From Candidatus Hermodarchaeota archaeon (lineage in GTDB: Archaea; Asgardarchaeota; Hermodarchaeia; Hermodarchaeales; Hermodarchaeaceae), in contig JAEOTO010000028.1 of NCBI GenBank assembly GCA_016839805.1, forward strand, positions 1 through 30,572: a DNA stretch of 30,572 nt. The letters run 5' to 3'. Numbering within the stretch: the stretch's first letter is position 1; the number at the start of each line of letters is the position of its first letter. The notes below the pieces were generated by a model. That model worked only from the letters and a program-made list of their open reading frames with translations, made no database searches and was not told the DNA's origin. The position numbers and the translations under genes were made by a program. This document shows, piece after piece, positions 24,235 through 30,572 of the stretch.

Positions 24235-25898
24235 GACTCCTGAGTTACTTGTTCTTGTTCATGACCAGCCATCAACAACCCCAACTCCCGTTCATCTGTT
24301 GCATCTGGCTCTTTGACAGCTACTATGCGTCCATCAAAAATGACAGCGATTCGGTCAGCTACATTTCGGATTTCGTCAAGATCAGCTGAAACCAGTAAAA
24401 TAGCTACTCCCTCATCGCGCATTTCAATGAGAAGCTGATGAATATATTCGGTAGCTCCAACATCTAATCCGCGTGTTGGGTGAGAGGCAATGAGCAATTT
24501 TGGTTGGAAAGCAAGGGCTCTTGCTACGATGACCTTTTGTTGGTTACCTCCTGAGAGGGTGTTCGCCAAGGAATCAAGATCACGAATCTTAATATCGAAA
24601 TTGTCAACTAGTTTATTTGAATCTTTGATAATATTGCGCGGGTTGAGTATGGTATGAAATGGACCCATTGAATAGGGAGGTCGATAATGAGCACCAAGAA
24701 TCAAATTCTCTTTTATCGAAAAATCTAAGATGATACCTCGTTTATGCCGATCTTGAGGGATGTACCCAATACCGCGTTCTCGAATTTTTCGTGGATGAAA
24801 TCGTTTGATAAGCTGCCCCTCGAAGAAAATTTTGCCTTCGAGTGGTTTCCGAAGTCCCCAAAGGGTTTCGACCAGTTCTAATTGCCCGTTCCCTTCAACT
24901 CCGGCCAACCCAAGAATTTCACCAGCACGGATTTCTATACCGAGATCTTTGATGGCAAGTAAACCTCGATCATCTTTTACTTGGAGATTTTCTATCCGTA
25001 GAACTGGTTGACCAGGCGTAGCCTTGGTTTTTGACACCTGAAATACAACTGGGCGTCCGACCATCATTTCAGCTAGCTGTTCTGGTGTTGTCTGGGCTTT
25101 TTCAACCGTACCCACAAATTTCCCATCGCGTAATACCGTGATTCGATCACAAAGCGCCATTGGTTCCCGCAGTTTATGTGTAATGAGAATAATGGTTTTT
25201 CCAGCTTTCCGTATTCGAGCCAAGGTTTCGAAAAGTTCATCGACTTCCTGGGGCGTTAATACTGCAGTTGGTTCGTCCAGAATGAGAATTTCAGCCTCAC
25301 GATAAAGGACTTTGATGATTTCTACTCGCTGCTGCATTCCGACAGATAGATCTTCAATTTTACTGTCAGGGTCAAGGAAAAGGGCATTTTCCTCAGCAAT
25401 TTGTTTGATCTTTGATTTCGCTTTCCCGAAACTCATTGGAGAAACTCGATCAACGGTTCCGGTGACTAACCTCGCGGCGCTACGACCAAATCTACTTAGC
25501 TGGCCTTTGACGCCGGTAGGGATTTCCGTTTTAATGACCCGTTTTTCAAATCGACTCTCAAGATTCGCAAAAAGAGGCTCGGCACCTAAGACTACATTTT
25601 CAGTCACTGTAAAAGTAGGGATCAGTTTGAAATGCTGATGGACCATCCCGATACCCACGCTAATAGCGTCACGAGGTGACTGGAAGAACACCTCTTTCCC
25701 GTATATCTTGACGATCCCTGTATCTCTAGAGATAAGTCCATAGAGGATATTCATAAGCGTGGTTTTCCCAGCACCATTCTCCCCAAGAAGCCCATGAACC
25801 TCTCCTTCTTTAATTCTGAGCGTAATATCCTGATTGGCCTTCACATCACCAGGAAAGGTCTTGCTGATGTTTTCAAGTTCTACGGCGTAAATCTTCAT
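24231..25898 (-). CDS. CUT2 ABC transporter ATP-binding protein with tandem NBDs, NupA/YufO-type
   Basis: GENGAGKT, MVHQHF, LSVGMQQR, ILDEPTAVLTPQE, degenerate second Walker A GVEGNGQ, LSGGNQQK. Start placed at ATG 25898 after GGAGG. Confidence 0.95.
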   Translation of the reverse strand: MKIYAVELENISKTFPGDVKANQDITLRIKEGEVHGLLGENGAGKTTLMNILYGLISRDTGIVKIYGKEVFFQSPRDAISVGIGMVHQHFKLIPTFTVTENVVLGAEPLFANLESRFEKRVIKTEIPTGVKGQLSRFGRSAARLVTGTVDRVSPMSFGKAKSKIKQIAEENALFLDPDSKIEDLSVGMQQRVEIIKVLYREAEILILDEPTAVLTPQEVDELFETLARIRKAGKTIILITHKLREPMALCDRITVLRDGKFVGTVEKAQTTPEQLAEMMVGRPVVFQVSKTKATPGQPVLRIENLQVKDDRGLLAIKDLGIEIRAGEILGLAGVEGNGQLELVETLWGLRKPLEGKIFFEGQLIKRFHPRKIRERGIGYIPQDRHKRGIILDFSIKENLILGAHYRPPYSMGPFHTILNPRNIIKDSNKLVDNFDIKIRDLDSLANTLSGGNQQKVIVARALAFQPKLLIASHPTRGLDVGATEYIHQLLIEMRDEGVAILLVSADLDEIRNVADRIAVIFDGRIVAVKEPDATDERELGLLMAGHEQEQVTQES

Positions 25899-25995
25899 GA
25901 CCTCCGTATTTTGCAATCTTTTAAAGATCCAAGATTGTAAGAAAAGACGGGTTAAAGTTGTATTTAATCTCAATGATTAGTCTGAAATGAAACAT

Positions 25996-26030
25996 AAAAA
26001 AATGTGAAGAGGGCCAAAAAAAATGGCCCT
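25996..26030 (-). terminator. Hairpin plus T-tract between the binding-protein gene and the ATPase gene
   Basis: Inverted repeat AGGGCCA (26010-26016) / TGGCCCT (26024-26030) around a T-rich loop, followed on the minus strand by a T run near 25997-26002. Confidence 0.6.
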
Positions 26031-26039
26031 TATTGTGAA

Positions 26040-27164
26040 CTAGAGCCAGGTAAAGTCTGTTGGGATCACTATGGATCCATTTATGACAGCTGCGGCAAGG
26101 TCGTTAATCAAGAACTCTTCGCCAGCAGTGATCTTGTAGGGTGGTGCGAGAAGGTCGTTGTTGAGTTCCCATCCAATTCCACCGTCGGCAAGTTCATAGA
26201 CTTTCATTGTGCCCCAGGGCCCAGTGGTGTTCTTCCAAACCGCCGCCTCAAGGATGGATCTATAGACTACGGTATCGACTTTCTTGAGCATCGATGTGAG
26301 CATTGTGGTGTAGGTGCCACCGGTAGGGACACCAAGATACATTTGTGGTTTATCGACGCCAATAGACCAGACATCGTAAGCAAGTGTTCCATTCTTGGCT
26401 ATGGCAGCATCAAAGACACCTATGCTTGACCCGCCAGCTGCAGCAAAACAAATGTCAGCACCCGCGTCATAATGGAGTTCAGCTTGAGATTGGCCAGTTG
26501 TTGGGTTATCCCAAGCACCCACATAACTGAAGAGGTAATTGGTGTGATGAGTAGCGTTCACGCCAATATTCGGGTTCGTATAGTTGGCACCAAAAGCATA
26601 TCCAGCGGCGAACTTGTGGATAAGGGGTTCGTCTTTTCCACCAACAAAGGCAATTTTATCTTGCGTGGTTCGTAAGCCTGCAAGGGCTCCGACGAGGAAG
26701 GCTCCTTGTTCTTCGTTAAAGGTTTCTGCCCTAATATTGGGAAATTGCGTGTGGTTGATCCAGTTAATATCAATTACAAGGAATTTTTGAGTTGGATATT
26801 CAGCTGCAACTGCAATAATAGAATCAAACACTTCATAACCAACACCAATGATGAGATCATAGGGCGTAGAGAATCCCACATGTGCTGCGTACTGCCTGAA
26901 TAGCGGTTCGAATTCGGAAAGCGCCTGCGGTTCTGAGTAGGTGAAATTCACGTTATGAGTTAGTTTCGCTTGGTCTGCTGCATCTTTGGTTAGGTCGTTG
27001 AAACCGAGGTCTCCGAGACCCCCTAAACCGAAGACAATAGCCACTTCGAACGGGTTCTCCGGTGGGGGAGGACGTAAGAAGAACCACCAGTATGCGGCAC
27101 CACCGCCGACACCACCGATTATGATGACGAGCGCAATAATTGCATAAAGCGTGTTTCGTTTCAT
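26040..27164 (-). CDS. BMP-family (basic membrane protein) ABC substrate-binding protein, probably for nucleosides
   Basis: GGLGDLGFND, YDLIIGVG, FNEEQGAFLVGALAG, KIAFVGG, GADICFAAAG, WSIGVD, LTSMLKKVD. N-terminal TM anchor with no lipobox Cys. Confidence 0.92.
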   Translation of the reverse strand: MKRNTLYAIIALVIIIGGVGGGAAYWWFFLRPPPPENPFEVAIVFGLGGLGDLGFNDLTKDAADQAKLTHNVNFTYSEPQALSEFEPLFRQYAAHVGFSTPYDLIIGVGYEVFDSIIAVAAEYPTQKFLVIDINWINHTQFPNIRAETFNEEQGAFLVGALAGLRTTQDKIAFVGGKDEPLIHKFAAGYAFGANYTNPNIGVNATHHTNYLFSYVGAWDNPTTGQSQAELHYDAGADICFAAAGGSSIGVFDAAIAKNGTLAYDVWSIGVDKPQMYLGVPTGGTYTTMLTSMLKKVDTVVYRSILEAAVWKNTTGPWGTMKVYELADGGIGWELNNDLLAPPYKITAGEEFLINDLAAAVINGSIVIPTDFTWL

Positions 27165-27355
27165 TTTTACTCCTCCAGAGGACTCAGATCAGAAATCACG
27201 TTGATACCAGAACCGGCATATTACCTTTTCTAGCCCGAATTATTTCAGATTGAGCCCAAAGAGCTGACCTGTTTAGCTTCTTTTGAGTATAAAAATGTAG
27301 ACTTTTGGTAAATCTTAGTAACTACATCCTATATCGCGTATTCATAGGTCATTCG

Positions 27356-27952
27356 TCATGAGTCGATATCAACTATTAGCCCATATCGTCCGACAACAAC
27401 CAATTCGGTTCCTTTAAGCCAATCGGTTTTTCCTTCGGCTTCGTGAACATGACCACTGTATACGCCAAGAGGTTGAACCTCAATCACAAAGTCTCGCACA
27501 CTATGATATCCAATATGTGAGCCATTCCAAGTTAGATCGACATTAGTACCATAAGGTGGTGTATGAGTGCACAGAATTAAATTCTCGAGGTAGTAAAATC
27601 TTTCTAGAATTCGTCGAGCGTTCTCCTCAGTGACCGCAAAGGGTAAGCCAGGTAAGCCACCTCCTAACCCTCCAAAGGTAATCTTATCCAGTGTAATATG
27701 TTCTCCATGAAGATAGTGAAAACGGTCATGTTCTAAACAAATGATTTTCAGCTCTTCTGCATCATCATGGTTGCCTGGTAAAAGATACAGCTCCTTCCCA
27801 ACATCCAGATGGTCTAGAGTGTCTTGAAGCCCTGTTCCAAAAGAAGCATAATCCCCAAGACCGAAACCATAGTCCACGTCTTTGAGCAGGACTGCGATTT
27901 GGGAAATCGCCCCTGAGTCTTGATGAAGATCTGCGAAAAAGAGAATCTTCAT
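27356..27952 (-). CDS. Calcineurin-like metallophosphoesterase (Icc-related)
   Basis: FADLH, LGD, PGNHD, THTPP, SGHVHE. Confidence 0.92.
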   Translation of the reverse strand: MKILFFADLHQDSGAISQIAVLLKDVDYGFGLGDYASFGTGLQDTLDHLDVGKELYLLPGNHDDAEELKIICLEHDRFHYLHGEHITLDKITFGGLGGGLPGLPFAVTEENARRILERFYYLENLILCTHTPPYGTNVDLTWNGSHIGYHSVRDFVIEVQPLGVYSGHVHEAEGKTDWLKGTELVVVGRYGLIVDIDS

Positions 27953-28065
27953 AACTGATAGAACAAGAGAGCCTCTTTCAAAAAGTTTCCGTGAAAAATG
28001 TCAGAGAAGATTTTGTGATTCAACATGATTAATTATGAGCTAGAACTTTGTATCAGTTGTTTTTT

Positions 28066-28497
28066 TTAAAAACCCTCAGCGACGATAATCTCCTCAGTTA
28101 TAATCGCGAGGATCAAAGCGATTCCTAATAACCCATTGAAGCCAATGAATAATGATTCGAGAGGTGCGAGCCCCATGAATATACTTATTATCCGCCAAAG
28201 CAGGGTCAAAAGACTCATCCCAGCTCCAATCCCTATGAGGAAGCGACCTATTCGTTCCAGCTTCAAAACCACAAGGATTGCACCGACAATTACGGTTATT
28301 CCTCCAAAGGAGGCTAACCATTGGAGAACAGCATTTACGAATAATGCGATTGGTAGAAGTTCGGGGGGAAGCCCAAGTAGGTTCCATACGAATATTATGT
28401 AACCAGCATAGTCTAGTGGATTTGCTACACCAAGGAGGATAAGCAGGATTCCTGTAATTATACCTAGAATGACTGCGATGATGTTCCGTCGATGCAC
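28066..28497 (-). CDS. Small polytopic membrane protein
   Basis: Four to five hydrophobic helices. Start placed at GTG 28497 after GGTGA. Confidence 0.75.
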   Translation of the reverse strand: MHRRNIIAVILGIITGILLILLGVANPLDYAGYIIFVWNLLGLPPELLPIALFVNAVLQWLASFGGITVIVGAILVVLKLERIGRFLIGIGAGMSLLTLLWRIISIFMGLAPLESLFIGFNGLLGIALILAIITEEIIVAEGF

Positions 28498-28644
28498 CGT
28501 ATCACCTGTACCAGTTCTACATTCAATACTTCTTAAAAGGTCTACCACCTTTCGAACCGATGTGTGAAAATGAGTAAAGGGAATAAGGGAAAAGAACTAA
28601 CGAGGTGGATTTACATACACCTTTATCGAATATGAAGGAGGCAC

Positions 28645-29850
28645 ATGTTCCGTATGTCTGATTCAGATGTTTGGTTTGTGAACCGACAGGTTGGACCTCA
28701 ATATTCCATGTTGGATAAGTTGGAAATATTATGGAAAAAGATGGGGCTCAATAAAATAATCAAAAAAAATAAACGAGTTTTCATAAAGACTCATTTTGGG
28801 GCCTATGGAAATCTAATGTATATGCGTCCCGCTCTCCTTAGGAAGGTAGTGGATTTAGTAAAAGCCCAAAAGGGCTATCCTATCCTTGTTGAATCTGCAG
28901 GATTGGGGTATGGTGCAGGTCTATATGGTGGTCGAACAACGGCTGCTGAGTACTTCCGTATGGCTGCAGCAAATGGATATACGATTGGAACGATGGGCGC
29001 ACCTATCGTGTTGTTAGACGGATATTGGGGAACAGACACTTTTTCCGTGCCAATTAGTGGCAACCATGTGAAAAACGTGGAGGTTGGAATGGCCTTACGT
29101 GACGCCGATGTGATTATTGTCTTCACCCATTTTAAGGGTCATGGGGGAACAGGAATGGGTGGAACATTGAAGAATTTAGGTATCGGTTGCGTCGGTAAGT
29201 ATAGTAAAGCCATGATGCATGGACCGCAAAATCCTATCGTCAATGCTGAGGAATGTAGGGGACCGGAATGCAGAAAATGCATTGATGTATGCCCGACACG
29301 ATGTATCACCGTGGATCCGAAGATAGAAATCAATTTCGATCGTTGTGTGCATTGTATCCACTGTGTCAGCGTGTGTCGGTCTGAAGCTCAATCAAAGGCG
29401 ATTACCGCTGAATGGGGAACTGATCCAATTAAATCAACAGAAACTATGATAGAAAATGCGTTGGGGGTGATTGATGGAATAGGCCGAGATCGCTTCTATT
29501 ACTTCAACGTGGCCTTGGATATCAGTGAAACCTGTGACTGTGCACCCTTTGGTCCCATGGCTCTCACTCCTGATCTAGGGATTTTCGCATCGCGAGATCC
29601 TGTGGCAATTGACACAGCTAGCATTGACTTACTAAATGATGCACAACCAGTTACAATCTCAGCTTGTGGAGACATTCAACCTGGTGAAGATAAGTTAGCA
29701 ATTGCTACACCTTGGCCTGATCCGCACACGGGGAAAAAGACACCCACTCAATGTCATTTACGTCAACTTGATTATGCAGAAGAGCTTGGCATTGGAACTA
29801 AGAAGTATAAACTTCGGAAGGCAGATAAAAGAAAACCGACTATCCTTTGA
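28645..29850 (+). CDS. DUF362-family Fe-S protein with an inserted 2x[4Fe-4S] ferredoxin domain
   Basis: IKTHFG, THFKGH..GGTLKNLGIGC, CRGPECRKCIDVCP, CVHCIHCVSVC, CDC, ASRDPVAID. Confidence 0.9.
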   Translation: MFRMSDSDVWFVNRQVGPQYSMLDKLEILWKKMGLNKIIKKNKRVFIKTHFGAYGNLMYMRPALLRKVVDLVKAQKGYPILVESAGLGYGAGLYGGRTTAAEYFRMAAANGYTIGTMGAPIVLLDGYWGTDTFSVPISGNHVKNVEVGMALRDADVIIVFTHFKGHGGTGMGGTLKNLGIGCVGKYSKAMMHGPQNPIVNAEECRGPECRKCIDVCPTRCITVDPKIEINFDRCVHCIHCVSVCRSEAQSKAITAEWGTDPIKSTETMIENALGVIDGIGRDRFYYFNVALDISETCDCAPFGPMALTPDLGIFASRDPVAIDTASIDLLNDAQPVTISACGDIQPGEDKLAIATPWPDPHTGKKTPTQCHLRQLDYAEELGIGTKKYKLRKADKRKPTIL

Positions 29851-29872
29851 TCCAAAAAAAATGGTTGCAACC

Positions 29873-30520
29873 TTACTTCGTTTTCTTTGTCTTAGAGCTG
29901 TGTGACATACGGGAAATTGCCTTAGAGCTTGATTGCTGGTCCTGCCATTGTTTCATGAAGAGCTGGGCATAGTGTAATGGGACTCCGACATCAAACAGAT
30001 GAGTAATGATATCTTCAGATGATTTCTTTTCTTCTGATAATTTACTTGCAATATTGAAGGTGAACTCTTTCAACTCCCAAGGATAAACTACCCAGGCTTC
30101 GGTTTTGACAATCCAATAATCTGGAACTAATTTCGTCCATGGCTTTAGGTGTAAAGTTGCTGTCCGGGGATTCGTGTATCCCCGTTTATTGAGATGATCT
30201 AAGGCGATGGTGAGGCTGTCACCGGTATCAGAGATATCGTCAACAAGTAATGGACTTTTCCATTGCATGTCTCTTGGTAGTTTTTGACTTACCCGGGGGT
30301 CGGTATCCCGCGCATAGATGCCACGATATAGATCCACTTTGACATTGGCGGTTTCCCGAGTGAAAAACAAGTCTGAGAGAATGCGTGCTGGAATCCATCC
30401 ACCACGTGCAACGCCAACAATAACGTCAGGTCGAAACCCTGAACTTAATATCTTCTCATATAATCGAAAGCATAATTCGTAAAGCCGTTCCCACCAGACG
30501 AACTCGTACGAAATTGCCAT
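29873..30520 (-). CDS. Type I phosphoribosyltransferase (archaeal hypoxanthine/guanine/xanthine PRT-like)
   Basis: PDVIVGVARGGWIPARILSD, PRPP-binding loop LLVDDISDTGDS, WVVYPWE. Confidence 0.9.
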   Translation of the reverse strand: MAISYEFVWWERLYELCFRLYEKILSSGFRPDVIVGVARGGWIPARILSDLFFTRETANVKVDLYRGIYARDTDPRVSQKLPRDMQWKSPLLVDDISDTGDSLTIALDHLNKRGYTNPRTATLHLKPWTKLVPDYWIVKTEAWVVYPWELKEFTFNIASKLSEEKKSSEDIITHLFDVGVPLHYAQLFMKQWQDQQSSSKAISRMSHSSKTKKTK

Positions 30521-30572
30521 ACTGCTAGATATCTATGTTGTCTATAAAGCTTATCGTCTACAAACTGCAATA

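Noticed and set aside
26004-26429. 141-aa Cys-containing plus-strand ORF, and similar antisense ORFs across the ABC, GH38 and PLD genes
   Set aside because: Almost entirely antisense to well-supported genes, with no coherent motif.
26903-26920. GGTTCGAATTC as a tRNA T-loop
   Set aside because: Inside the BMP coding region with no cloverleaf around it.

Overview
Gene-dense archaeal chromosomal window, very likely from an Asgard archaeon. The support is a Rab-like GTPase with near-complete RabF motifs, an Asgard-style longin protein, archaeal TATA/oligo-T signals and surface proteins with C-terminal anchors. Left part (1-10.1 kb, all minus strand): a partial membrane protein, a surface-anchored M28 peptidase, an all-helical unknown next to the Rab-like GTPase, an ExeA-like AAA+ ATPase with a C-terminal HTH preceded by two small ORFs, and a longin + DENN/folliculin-like protein. 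A GC-rich, transposase-free TnpB/Cas12f-like gene with an intact RuvC triad interrupts this run. It carries a ~300-nt highly structured RNA lying almost entirely downstream of its stop codon and sits in a motif-rich non-coding region. Middle (10.3-21.5 kb): hydrolases (M42 aminopeptidase, GH35/42 glycosidase, membrane-anchored caspase-fold peptidase, GH38 alpha-mannosidase, membrane-anchored two-HKD PLD). A 55-aa stand-alone C4HC3 (PHD/RING-variant) zinc-finger ORF, absent from the supplied ORF track, lies at 21530-21697. Right part: a BMP-type nucleoside ABC transporter, metallophosphoesterase, membrane protein, DUF362 Fe-S protein and a purine phosphoribosyltransferase. No tRNA, rRNA or CRISPR array was seen. 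All family calls come from reading motifs by eye, not from database searches.
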